DNA from: an uncultured delta proteobacterium
GTDB lineage: Bacteria > Myxococcota_A > Polyangia > Polyangiales > Houyiibacteriaceae
DNA: 64,000 nt
Assembly (NCBI GenBank): GCA_963699755.1
Contig: CAVOVB010000001.1
Location: forward strand, 1,152,001 to 1,216,000
Direction of reading: 5' to 3'
Shown: positions 51,442 to 60,621 of the stretch, one piece after another
Numbering within the stretch: position 1 is the first letter of the stretch
How the letters are laid out: every line of letters begins with the position of its first letter
Notes under the pieces: model-generated
Database searches by the model: none
What the model was told of the DNA's origin: nothing
Seen by the model: only the letters and a program-made list of their open reading frames with translations
Made by a program: the position numbers and the translations under genes

Positions 51442-52083
51442 ATGCCGGGTGGGTTTCTGATTGTCGAGGACGAGCCGACCTTGGCTCGGACCCTCGCTCG
51501 CACGTTTGGGCGTCATGGTCCGGTCGAGGTCGTGCACAGCATGGTCGCAGCCCGTGAACAGCTGCAAAACCACGACGAGTGGACGGGGGTCGTGCTGGAC
51601 CTGATTTTGCCAGACGGATACGGTTTGGACCTTTTGGCCGAGATCCGAAAGATTCACGGCGCGCTGCCCGTTCTCGTGCTCACGGGCGAGCTCAATCGTG
51701 ATGTGGTCAACAAAGTTCAGACCATGCGGGGAGAGTATGTCTGCAAGCCCGCGTCGGCGGACAATCTGAATCCGTTCATTCAGAGAGCACTTGCCCAGGA
51801 GCGCGTCGATGACGCAGCCATCGGGCAACGCATCGAACACCTGGCACGCCAGCTCAAGCTCACGCGTCGCGAAACAGAGCTTCTCACGCTTTCGGTCGAC
51901 GGCCTCTCGCGCAAAGAGCTCGCCGATTCACTCGGCGTCGCAGAGAACACGGTCAAGGCCCAGATTCGCTCGCTCTTGAAGAAGAGCGGTGCGCGAAGCC
52001 TCGCGACCTTGGCGCAGAAGGTCATCAAGGGCGCGACGCGTGACACGCTCCCGCCCGAAGCGCCCATCGGCGCTACCGACTGA
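51442..52083 (+). CDS. NarL/LuxR-family response regulator
   Basis: IVEDE, LDLILPDG, KP; HTH LTRRETELL...LSRKELADSLGVAENTVK. Confidence 0.9.
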   Translation: MPGGFLIVEDEPTLARTLARTFGRHGPVEVVHSMVAAREQLQNHDEWTGVVLDLILPDGYGLDLLAEIRKIHGALPVLVLTGELNRDVVNKVQTMRGEYVCKPASADNLNPFIQRALAQERVDDAAIGQRIEHLARQLKLTRRETELLTLSVDGLSRKELADSLGVAENTVKAQIRSLLKKSGARSLATLAQKVIKGATRDTLPPEAPIGATD

Positions 52084-52978
52084 GCGTGGCCTCGACCAAA
52101 GCGAGGTCCTGCTGGACTTCTGCCCGGCTGTCGGGGAGCAGACTCGCTGCCCGGCCGCCGACGAGGATCTTGACGCGCTTCGGGATCGCGTCTTCGATTG
52201 CGGCGATTTCTCTTTGAGAATCCTTGGGCCTCAGATTGGTGATCGACAGCATCAGAAGGTCAGCGCTCGTGTCGTTGACTGCGTACGCGATCTCTTCGGC
52301 CGGCAGATCAGGGCCTAAGTAGAGAACGCTCCAGCCATGCATCGCCGCCAACATCGCGACCATGAGCGCACCGAGCTCGTGATGCTCTTTGGCCGGCGTC
52401 GCAATCACCACTCGGCGTCTGGCGTCACCCGCCGGGTAGAGGCGCATCAACGAAAAGAGCAAACCCCGCATGACCGTCGAGCAGGCGTGCTCGTGTGCGA
52501 TGCGAAGCTCGCCAAGCTTCCAACGTTCCCCGATCTCGACGAGGATCGGTGCCACCAGAGTCTTCAAGAACTCGCTCGGCTCCGTGCTCAGGGCCGCACG
52601 CGAGAGCATCTGCTCGGCGTCGTCGGTGCGAAGCTGCTCGATCGCCGTCATCACGCGCGACCGAAGCTCCGGCAGATGTTGCACGATCGGCTGGCTTGGA
52701 GGTTGGGGAAACGACGCTGCCATCTGTCGAAGATCGACATCGGGCAGCTTTGCGATTCCGCCGATCGAATGGCCGTTCTCGACGAGCTTGTGGAGCAATC
52801 GAAGCCTTTCGACGTCCGCGTCGGTGTAGAGGCGGCCACCAGCCTCCGTGCGCTTGGGGACGACGGCGGAGTAGCGCTTTTCCCACATTCGAAGGCTGTG
52901 GGTGGAAAGCCCGGTCATCTTCGAAACCATGCCGACCCGGTATTTCGCTTCGTCTGCCACTTCCACCCTTCTATCCAA
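52073..52978 (-). CDS. carH: MerR-family B12-binding photoreceptor/repressor (CarH/LitR type)
   Basis: MerR wHTH LRMWEKRY...RTEAGGRLY; W-x9-EH (WKLGELRIAHEH); E-x-H-x-x-G (EHHELG); YLGPDLP. Confidence 0.88.
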   Translation of the reverse strand: MDRRVEVADEAKYRVGMVSKMTGLSTHSLRMWEKRYSAVVPKRTEAGGRLYTDADVERLRLLHKLVENGHSIGGIAKLPDVDLRQMAASFPQPPSQPIVQHLPELRSRVMTAIEQLRTDDAEQMLSRAALSTEPSEFLKTLVAPILVEIGERWKLGELRIAHEHACSTVMRGLLFSLMRLYPAGDARRRVVIATPAKEHHELGALMVAMLAAMHGWSVLYLGPDLPAEEIAYAVNDTSADLLMLSITNLRPKDSQREIAAIEDAIPKRVKILVGGRAASLLPDSRAEVQQDLALVEATLSR

Positions 52979-53003
52979 CGGGGCATCGATCGCGTTCGGG
53001 ACC

Positions 53004-53020
53004 TGTCTAAGGGTTGTCTA
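53004..53020 (-). promoter_or_regulatory. Putative CarH operator upstream of carH (two TAGACA repeats, 11-bp period)
   Basis: tgtcta at 53004 and 53015 read TAGACA on the minus strand. Confidence 0.65.
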
Positions 53021-53105
53021 TACCCCCTGATTTTGGGAATCAAGCAGAAGTCCGAAAAAAACCGCCCCACCCAGCTTGACGCCAGTCGAGACCGGTCTCG
53101 AAACC

Positions 53106-53133
53106 TGCACAAGACCTAGACATAACTTAGACA
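53106..53133 (+). promoter_or_regulatory. Putative CarH operator upstream of the DUF4397-like gene (three TnnACA repeats, 11-bp period)
   Basis: TGCACA 53106, TAGACA 53117, TAGACA 53128. Confidence 0.75.
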
Positions 53134-53150
53134 GATCGAAGGAAGTAAAG

Positions 53151-54480
53151 ATTGCTAAGAAAGCGATGGGGATGATCGATGCGTCCGTTCTCGCCGTCGG
53201 GCTCGTCGGCTGCGGAGAAGATGGAAAACCAGCGCCGACACCCATGGCAATGGTCCGCGTGACGCATCTCGCTCCCGAGATCCCCACGGCGGAGGACACA
53301 GGCGTGGGCATTCTCGTGAACGCGGAGGCCTCGGGCATCGAGAACCTGCAATTCGGGAACAGCACAGGATACGTGGAGCTCCCCGCGGGCGACTACATGT
53401 TCGGGATTGCGTCCACGGGCTCGACTACCACCGTTCTCGACGTGCCCGCCACGCTTCCCGCCGGGGGCATCTTCACGGTCGTGGCCTACCGAGACGCGAT
53501 GGCCGACGCGCCGGTGAACGTGCTGCTTTTCGATGACAGTCCGGCGGGACTCGAGTCCGGTAGCGGTCGCGTGCTGGTCGGTCATGGCGCCGACGACACC
53601 CTTCTGAACCCAGTCACCATCGTGAACACCGATGACGACACCGTGATCGTCGAGGATCTCGCATTAGGAGCCATTGCCGGTCCACTCGATCTGCCCGCGG
53701 GCAGCGTCAACATCGGGTTCGACGTTACCGGAGATGGAACGTCTGAGACGCCGCCGCTTCAGGCGCCGGTCACCGCTGACGTGGTGACTACTTTGATCGC
53801 AGTTGATACCAACACTGTAGACGAGCAGCTCGCGCCAGCAGTGTACGCGCTGCTTCCGAGTACCTCTGGCGCGATCCCGACTTTGGCTCCGCCGCCCCCA
53901 CCGGCTCGACTTCGCGTAGCGCACCTGGCACCTGAGGTTCCGGCCGGTGAGTACGACTTCGGCATAGCGGCCGCAGGCACGACGACTTCGCTCTTCGACG
54001 TCAACGATGTACTCCCGGCGGCCGGCGGCACCTAATACCGTGGTGGCCTATCGTGATGGCGCGCAGACCGTTCCAGTGGGTGTCCTGCTCTTCGACGAAG
54101 ACAGTGAAGGACTGCCTTCGCGAGAGGAGCGTGTCTTGGTAGGCCATGGCGCGGACGCTACTGCTGTGAACCCGATCGATATCGTAACTGCTAGCGACGC
54201 TCTGCTCGTCGATGAGTTCGCTTTCGGTATCGTCGCGGGTCCACTCGATCTCACAGCAGGGATCGTGAACATCGGCTTCGATGTCGACACGGAGGCTTCG
54301 GGGAATGGAACCGACGCCAACGACGTGCTGGACGTTGGCCCGCTCGCAGCGCCCGTCGCCGCGGACATCGTGACGGTTCTCGTGGCGGTCGACACCGATG
54401 CCGGTATGGGCTTGGTCCCAGCCGTCTATGCGCTTGCTCCATCCACTAGCGGCAGTATCCCAACTCTTTCCTCTCCCTAG
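53151..54480 (+). pseudogene. Tandem DUF4397-like domain lipoprotein, frameshifted at ~54034 (pseudogene or sequencing error)
   Basis: Lipobox LVGC; VRVTHLAP...VELPAGDY unit is repeated; ORFs 53076..54035 and 54007..54480 join if one A is removed from acc-taat-acc. Confidence 0.7.
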
Positions 54481-54516
54481 TCCTCTTCAAGAGACTGCCA
54501 CGTTGTAAGCAAGCGC

Positions 54517-54548
54517 GGGGCCGCTCCTTTCGGGGAGCGGCCCCTTCT
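54517..54548 (+). terminator. Intrinsic terminator-like hairpin after the DUF4397-like gene
   Basis: ggggccgctcct-ttcg-gggagcggcccc followed by ttct. Confidence 0.75.
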
Positions 54549-54598
54549 CATTGTCTAGTTGACGCCTCGCGCCGAATGCGGGTACGACGGCCCTCACG

Positions 54599-55168
54599 GT
54601 GTTGGCGACGAACAGACGAGGATTGCGCGCTGGGGGTCTCGTCGCTTCAGTGCTGACCTTCGCTGCGTGCACGCAAGAGCCCGCAGACCGCGAGCCGCTC
54701 TCGGTCGCACCCGATCCTGCGAAGGCAGCAGCACTCAATCCCTACCAGAGCTCTGGCTACCGTCTCGGGGTCGTCCGGCTGCATGCGGGTTTCAGCCCGG
54801 ACCCGTGGGTTGTTGAGGGAACCGCGTTCGGCGAAATCGAGGCGCGCTCGATCCACCGCAAGTGCAAGGGATGGATCTCCGAAACGCCGGACTACCTTCT
54901 CGACGCCGACACAGCATTCTTCCAGCTTCACGTGTTGGCCCGTTCCGAGTCGGACGTTCTGCTACTCGTCCGCAAGCCTGATGGCGAAGTCCAATGCAAC
55001 GACAACCGCAATGGCACAAAGGACCCGATGCTCCGTTCAAACTTCCCGATCGGCACGACGCAAGTCTGGGTCGGCGTCCAGGAGAGAGGCGCGACGGCCG
55101 ACTACCGCCTTGGATTCTCCGAGGTGAAGTGGCGCTCGTCTGCGCTTCCCCTGCCCGACGCGAACTAG
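54599..55168 (+). CDS. Lipoprotein with PPC-like beta-sandwich domain
   Basis: Lipobox FAAC; AGFSPDP, C.GWISETPDY, DVLLLVRKPDG..CND, VWVG. Confidence 0.65.
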   Translation: MLATNRRGLRAGGLVASVLTFAACTQEPADREPLSVAPDPAKAAALNPYQSSGYRLGVVRLHAGFSPDPWVVEGTAFGEIEARSIHRKCKGWISETPDYLLDADTAFFQLHVLARSESDVLLLVRKPDGEVQCNDNRNGTKDPMLRSNFPIGTTQVWVGVQERGATADYRLGFSEVKWRSSALPLPDAN

Positions 55169-55761
55169 AGCTGGCGCCGCCGCCAAAGCGCCAGGAGCTC
55201 GCGACCTTCCCGCCCCGGATGCGTCTGCTCGACCTCCCTGATCTCGAGCTCTTCGAAGGCGTCTTCGATCAAGCTTCGGACCAGGCCGGTGTTGACCGGC
55301 CAAGGTGGACCCTCGCGGCCTGAAATGGGTTCTTCGAAAGGAAAAAGCAAGGTGGCGAGCAGGCCCGACGGCTTCACCAGGCGCTTCATGGTTTCGCTCC
55401 AAGCGCTCCGCTGTGGAGGATCGAGTGCACAGAAGAAGGTGTAGTCCCAGACGAAGTCGAAGTTGTTTTCGGGCTCGTAGAAGAAGAAGTCACCGACTTC
55501 GTAGGAGACGGGCCCAGGAAGGTCGCGATGAGCATCCAGAAAAGCCATGCGTGCTTCTTCGGAAAGGTCGAGGCCGACCACTTCTCGATCCGCGTGCGCC
55601 AGGGTTGCAAGGTCGTAGCCGGTACCGCAGCCGGGCACGAGAACCCGACCTGCCGGAACCTGTCCGAGGTCGAGCAAGCTGTGAAGCGCGGGGGGTGAGG
55701 TACCCGCGTCCCACGGTGTGCTTCCCGCTTTCCATGCCTGTCGCCAATCCACACTTGCCAT
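55165..55761 (-). CDS. TPMT-family SAM-dependent methyltransferase (thiol/halide methyltransferase-like)
   Basis: TPWD, LVPGCGTGYD, GLDLS, GDFF, DYTFFCAL, GPPW. Confidence 0.85.
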   Translation of the reverse strand: MASVDWRQAWKAGSTPWDAGTSPPALHSLLDLGQVPAGRVLVPGCGTGYDLATLAHADREVVGLDLSEEARMAFLDAHRDLPGPVSYEVGDFFFYEPENNFDFVWDYTFFCALDPPQRSAWSETMKRLVKPSGLLATLLFPFEEPISGREGPPWPVNTGLVRSLIEDAFEELEIREVEQTHPGREGRELLALWRRRQL

Positions 55762-55770
55762 TCTGCGTCC

Positions 55771-56595
55771 CTAGCGAATCAACCCTATGGTGCGCGCGGC
55801 CTCGCGTGCAACCGGGAGCACGGCATCGTAAGCCGTTGCGTTGCAGACGAGGATGCCCTTTCGATTGCGCATGTCCGCGCCGCCGTACCGATAACTGTTG
55901 CCGTCGAGGTCGGTGAAGCGCCCACCGGCAGCTTTGAGAATTGCCTCTGGACCACAGGCGTCCCACATGCTCGAGCGGCTCGAAATGTGCACATAGAGGT
56001 CCGCTTCCCGTTCGGCGATGAGACCCGTCTTGAGGCCGACGGAGCCACGGATTGTCTCGTGTCGGATGCCGAGGCGGGCAACGACCTCGGCGACCGCTCG
56101 GTTTCTGTGCGACCGCGACACCACTAGCTTCAATTGGCTCGGGATGGCCACCTCGCTGACCTTCAGCTCACGACGCGCGCCGCCCACTTCGAGAAAGGCG
56201 CCGTCGCCTGCGACGCCGACGTAGAGCTTGTCGGCCTCTGGCTGGTAGACTACGCCGGCCGTCGAAACTCCGTCGACCGCCAGGCCGAGCATCACCGAGA
56301 ACTCGCCGTTCCTGGCAACGAACTCCTTGGTTCCGTCGAGTGGGTCCACGTACCAGCAGCGTCCCGGCCGCAGCGCGTCGCTGTTGTCTTCGTTTTCTTC
56401 CGCGACGATACCGTCTTTGGGGAAGGCCTTTCGAAGCTCCCCGACGATGAAGTCGTTGGCCCGCGTATCAGCCTCGGTGACGGGATCTGCTTTGGCTTTG
56501 TAGGCGACGCTGAAGTCCGTTGCATAGACTTCCATCAAGATTGCGCCGGCGTCACGAGCGATGCGTGCAGCCTCCGCGATTTCCCGATCCAGCAT
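55771..56595 (-). CDS. cysQ: 3'(2'),5'-bisphosphate nucleotidase
   Basis: PVTEAD, VDPLDGTKEFV, GEFSV, VSRSH, GSVGLK, WDACG. Confidence 0.88.
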   Translation of the reverse strand: MLDREIAEAARIARDAGAILMEVYATDFSVAYKAKADPVTEADTRANDFIVGELRKAFPKDGIVAEENEDNSDALRPGRCWYVDPLDGTKEFVARNGEFSVMLGLAVDGVSTAGVVYQPEADKLYVGVAGDGAFLEVGGARRELKVSEVAIPSQLKLVVSRSHRNRAVAEVVARLGIRHETIRGSVGLKTGLIAEREADLYVHISSRSSMWDACGPEAILKAAGGRFTDLDGNSYRYGGADMRNRKGILVCNATAYDAVLPVAREAARTIGLIR

Positions 56596-56633
56596 CTCGG
56601 CGCTGTACCACGCGATGCTACCTGCGTCACCGC

Positions 56634-57407
56634 TCAGCGAGCGATCTCTTCGGCCAATCGCCCGAGGAGCTCCATGACTTCACTCACGTTTTGCAGAAGC
56701 GTCGCGGAGTCGGGTGGCTGGTCTCCTCGCTCCTCCGAGCAAACGAACGCCCCCAGACCGTGCCGCGCTGCGAACTCGATTGCGGGGAAGTCGGTGAGAT
56801 CGTCCCCCGCGAAAAACACGGAGCTCGCACCGGAGCGATCGAAAATCTCTCGAAGCGCGCTGCCCTTGTCCGAGGGCACCGCCTCGGCTTCGCGCAGGGC
56901 CTTGCCTCGTCGCACGTGAAGGCCGAGCTTCTGCGCCAGCTCGTCGGCTTCGCGAAGCAGCTGCTCGGCGCGGGCTGGATCGTACGAGGCAATCGCGCGC
57001 ACGTGCACCGCAATCGCTTGGGGCTTGTGCTCGATGAACGCGTCGCGACCGTGCGACTCGATCCAATGCCGAAACTGGTCGAGCGCCTCCCGTTTCCTGT
57101 CGTCGAGCTCGCGTGGTGCCGGGGCTTCCCCCGGTGCCAAGATCAGCCCGCCGTGCTCGACTGCCCGCCAGATCCCGTCGAGCTGTTCCATGCGGCCAAG
57201 CGAGCTGAGATCCCGGCCCGTGACCAGTGCGAGCTCGATGCCGGGGGCGGCCGCGAGGGTTTTTAAGGTGGAGAGCGTCTCTTGAGGGATCTCCGCCATG
57301 TCCGGGTCCCGGACGATCGGGGAAATCGTGCCGTCCACGTCCAGCGCGATGAGCAGTGGGCGTTCGAGGCCGAGAAGAGATTCCAGCACGACCTCGCGCT
57401 GCCTCAC
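56634..57407 (-). CDS. otsB: Trehalose-6-phosphate phosphatase (HAD)
   Basis: LDVDGTISPI, VTGR, EHG, EHK, DKG, GDDLTD; coupled to otsA. Confidence 0.88.
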   Translation of the reverse strand: MRQREVVLESLLGLERPLLIALDVDGTISPIVRDPDMAEIPQETLSTLKTLAAAPGIELALVTGRDLSSLGRMEQLDGIWRAVEHGGLILAPGEAPAPRELDDRKREALDQFRHWIESHGRDAFIEHKPQAIAVHVRAIASYDPARAEQLLREADELAQKLGLHVRRGKALREAEAVPSDKGSALREIFDRSGASSVFFAGDDLTDFPAIEFAARHGLGAFVCSEERGDQPPDSATLLQNVSEVMELLGRLAEEIAR

Positions 57408-58795
57408 TTGCCCTCCAGCGCGTCGAGGTAGCGGTCTGCCCAGCGGTGCACGTCGAGCCGCATCACCTCGGCGCGCATCGAACGCATTCTCGTCCGCTTT
57501 TCGCTAGGTTTCATGACGAGCGCACGGTGAATCGCGTCGGTCGTCGACTCCACGTCATATGGATTGACCAGGACTGCGCCCTTGAGGTGCTTCGCGGCGC
57601 CCGCAAACTCGCTCAATATCAACACGCCGTCCTCGTCCGTCCTCGCCGCTGCGTATTCGTGCGCGACGAGGTTCATGCCATCGCGCAAGGGCGTCACGAG
57701 CGCAACGTCAGCCGCTCGGTAGTGCGCGAAGATCGCGCGCTGACTCAGATCTCGATAGAGGTAGTGGATGGGAACGCAGCCGGTTTCTGCATAGCGCCCG
57801 TTGATGTCACCGACCATGCGATCGATCTCTTCTTTGAGGTCGGCGTAGGCTTGGACGTCGGTGCGGCTCGGCACCATGACTTGGATCAGCGCGTAGCGCC
57901 GGCGCGCGCCCTTGTCTAAACGGAGCAGTCGTTCGAAGGCGGCGAGTCGCTCGGGAATGCCTTTGGTGTAGTCGAGGCGGTCGACGCCGAGCATCAACTG
58001 GCGGTTGCCGGTCGCTTGGCGAATTCGATCGACCTCGCGCCCGAGGTCCGGATCGTTTGCGAGCGCCTGCAGCTCCTCGACGGGGATTCCGATCGGCGCG
58101 GCGATAGTGCTCACCTTTCGACCGCGATACCCGATCGTGCCGCGCGATACTTGATGGGGCGTAAAGCGCTCCACGCAATGGCGGAAGTGCTCGGCGTACT
58201 CGGGAAGGTGAAAGCCGAGGACGTCGGCGCCGAGCAAGCCTTCGAGGATCTCCTCGCGCCAGGGCAGGATGCTGAACGTGTCCGGAGGCGGCCAGGGGAT
58301 GTGGCAGAACCAGCCGATCCTCGCCTTGCTACGCCTGGCGCGGAGCATCCCGGGAAGTAGCATCAGGTGGTAGTCCTGAATCCAGATCAGGTCGCTCGGG
58401 CCGCTCGTCGCCAGGGTGGTGTCGGCGAAAGCCTGGTTGGCGCCCACGTAACTCGACCAGGGGGCCTGGCCTACATGAATCGTGGGCTCGAAGCCGTGGA
58501 GCAGGGGCCAGAGCACAGCATTGGAAATGCCCTCATAGAAGCCACTTTGCTCGTTGCGCTTGAGGGCCACGTGGGCAAGGTCGTACTCGAGATGAGGCGC
58601 CGGAACCGTGACCGAGTCGAAGTCCTTCGCGGGTTTCGCGCTCACCCAGACGCCGCCGCGCTGCTGCAAAACGGGGTCGAGCGCAGTCACCAAACCACCC
58701 GCCGAGCGAACCCAGCGCTCGCGGCCTCGGGCAGACTCGTGCCGATAAGGGCCGCGGTTCGATACGACCACGAGCTTTCGGCTCTTTCTCGCCAT
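57404..58795 (-). CDS. otsA: Trehalose-6-phosphate synthase (GT20)
   Basis: [51 protein letters not shown]; start ATG 58795. Confidence 0.95.
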   Translation of the reverse strand: MARKSRKLVVVSNRGPYRHESARGRERWVRSAGGLVTALDPVLQQRGGVWVSAKPAKDFDSVTVPAPHLEYDLAHVALKRNEQSGFYEGISNAVLWPLLHGFEPTIHVGQAPWSSYVGANQAFADTTLATSGPSDLIWIQDYHLMLLPGMLRARRSKARIGWFCHIPWPPPDTFSILPWREEILEGLLGADVLGFHLPEYAEHFRHCVERFTPHQVSRGTIGYRGRKVSTIAAPIGIPVEELQALANDPDLGREVDRIRQATGNRQLMLGVDRLDYTKGIPERLAAFERLLRLDKGARRRYALIQVMVPSRTDVQAYADLKEEIDRMVGDINGRYAETGCVPIHYLYRDLSQRAIFAHYRAADVALVTPLRDGMNLVAHEYAAARTDEDGVLILSEFAGAAKHLKGAVLVNPYDVESTTDAIHRALVMKPSEKRTRMRSMRAEVMRLDVHRWADRYLDALEGK

Positions 58796-58823
58796 CGAGT
58801 AGCATTGTAGTCTGCCCGAGGTC

Positions 58824-59318
58824 ATGGACCCAGCGCAGTTTCTGCAAGGACGCAGCCGAGAGACCGAGATCCGACGCGACGCGCGCGGACGCTGGTTCAA
58901 CGGCAAGGATGAGATCAGCCACCCGATCTTGGCTCGCTCCTTCGACAGTTGGGTGGACCGGGCCGAGGACGGACGCTTCTGCCTCAGCAACGCGATCAAT
59001 TGGGCCTACGTCGAGATCGAAGGGCCGGCGTTTTTCGTGAAAGACGTGGAACCGAGCGAAGCAGGAGTCGGTCTGCTTCTCTCGGGTGGCCTTCGCGAGC
59101 CGCTCGACCCGTCGACGCTCTGCCAGGGGCCCCAGGGCGCTCTTTGGTGCGCCGTCCGCGACGGCCGCTGCCCAGCGCGCTTCGATAACCATGCGCTGAG
59201 CAAGATGGGCCACCTGATTGGAGAGGACGAAGAAGGGGTCTACGTGCGGATCGGCCTGGAGAAGGTGCACCCACCGGAGCTCGACGATCCCCTTTCGCTC
59301 GGGCTCAAAAGGCGCTAG
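58824..59318 (+). CDS. DUF1285-like protein
   Basis: IRRDARGRWF...I.HP...F...AYVEIEGPAFFV...EPLDPSTL. Confidence 0.6.
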   Translation: MDPAQFLQGRSRETEIRRDARGRWFNGKDEISHPILARSFDSWVDRAEDGRFCLSNAINWAYVEIEGPAFFVKDVEPSEAGVGLLLSGGLREPLDPSTLCQGPQGALWCAVRDGRCPARFDNHALSKMGHLIGEDEEGVYVRIGLEKVHPPELDDPLSLGLKRR

Positions 59319-59327
59319 AGGTCCCTC

Positions 59328-59936
59328 GTGTCTCGACGTGAGGTCCTCGCCACCACCATCGTGGCCGTGATTGCGTTTCCCTTGATCTTCATCTTCACCG
59401 GCGCAGTGGTGGATGCCCGAGCCCGTGCGCGGGAGGCCCCCTTCAGGGCGATCGTCGGCAACGCTCGCTTCGAGCAGATGATGGAAGGCGGCGGCGGCGT
59501 TCCGCACTACCTCGGCGCATCGCTCCGCGCGCCGGAGTTCAGCCTTCCCAAGGAGGGAGGCGGCGAATGGAAGATGTCGGAACAGCGCGGCAAGGTCGTG
59601 GTGATGAACTTCTGGACGGTGACCTGCCGTCCCTGCATTCAGGAGATGCCAACCCTCGAGCTCCTCGCCGAGATGACCGAAGATTGGGGTGACGTCGAGG
59701 TAGTTGCAATTTCGACGGACCGGAACTGGGCCGAAGCCGAGACCATCATCCCGCGCGGCTCTCGCATCACCAGCCTTCTCGACGCCGAGCGAAAGGTCGT
59801 GACCGACCTCTTTGGCACCAAGCTCTTCCCCGAGACTTGGATCATCGACGCCGACGGGGTCGTGCGGTTCCGATACGATGGCGCTCTGGACTGGTCGGAC
59901 CCGGTCGCGCTGGACTTGATTCGCGCGTATCGGTGA
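59328..59936 (+). CDS. Membrane-anchored TlpA/ResA-like thiol-disulfide oxidoreductase
   Basis: N-terminal TM; GKVVVMNFWTVTCRPC (CxxC), FPETWIID. Confidence 0.88.
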   Translation: MSRREVLATTIVAVIAFPLIFIFTGAVVDARARAREAPFRAIVGNARFEQMMEGGGGVPHYLGASLRAPEFSLPKEGGGEWKMSEQRGKVVVMNFWTVTCRPCIQEMPTLELLAEMTEDWGDVEVVAISTDRNWAEAETIIPRGSRITSLLDAERKVVTDLFGTKLFPETWIIDADGVVRFRYDGALDWSDPVALDLIRAYR

Positions 59937-59940
59937 AGGC

Positions 59941-60621
59941 TCAGGTCTCCGCGAGGAGGTGGCGCGACACCCAGACGCCGAAGCCGACGAATAGGAGGTC
60001 GAAAGCCGCCAGGATACGAATCCAGCCGACGACCTCGGCCATGCTGGCACCTGCGAAGAGCTCACGCGTCGCGACGGCGGAGGCCAGGAGGGCAGGAGCC
60101 ACCAAGGGGAAGACGAGGACACTGAGCATCAAGTCTCGGGCGCGCGTACGGATGCCGACCGCCGAAAACAAAGAGGCCGTCGAGACGAAACCCACCGAGC
60201 CGAGGAACACCAGGACGAGGAGCGGCAGCAGGATTGGGCTGCCGTCGATCTGGAAGAAGACCAGGCAAAGTGGCACCAGCAAGAGCTCGATCGCGAAGAG
60301 CAGGATCAGAGCGCTGATCGTCTTGCCGATGTAGATCGATGGGCGCGGAATCGGTGCGAGCAACAGGCCGAACACGGCGTCGTTTTCGCGCTCCAACGCC
60401 CAGCTTCGGCCGATCAGCAGGATCCCGCAGAAGAGGATCGAGATCCAGAGCACGCCTGGTGCGACGTCCAGAGAGCTGATCGGGTCTGTGTAGAAGGCCA
60501 GAGAACCGAGCGTGACGACGAGAATCGCAAAGAGCCCCGTCGAGGTGAGGATCTCCTTGGTTCGCATTTCCAGCTGTAGGTCTTTGACGGCGACCAGCCA
60601 CGCGGCGCGGAGGGTGTTCAT
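59941..60621 (-). CDS. ccmB: Heme exporter protein B
   Basis: KDLQLEMR, PGVLW, ERE, IYIGK; ATGA-coupled to ccmA; start ATG 60621. Confidence 0.88.
   Translation of the reverse strand: MNTLRAAWLVAVKDLQLEMRTKEILTSTGLFAILVVTLGSLAFYTDPISSLDVAPGVLWISILFCGILLIGRSWALERENDAVFGLLLAPIPRPSIYIGKTISALILLFAIELLLVPLCLVFFQIDGSPILLPLLVLVFLGSVGFVSTASLFSAVGIRTRARDLMLSVLVFPLVAPALLASAVATRELFAGASMAEVVGWIRILAAFDLLFVGFGVWVSRHLLAET

Noticed and set aside
58533..60122. 529-aa minus-strand ORF and similar long shadow ORFs (43872..45293, 14201..15322, 22553..23647, 12820..13881)
   Set aside because: They overlap well-supported genes in another frame or strand and have no recognisable motifs; expected in high-GC DNA
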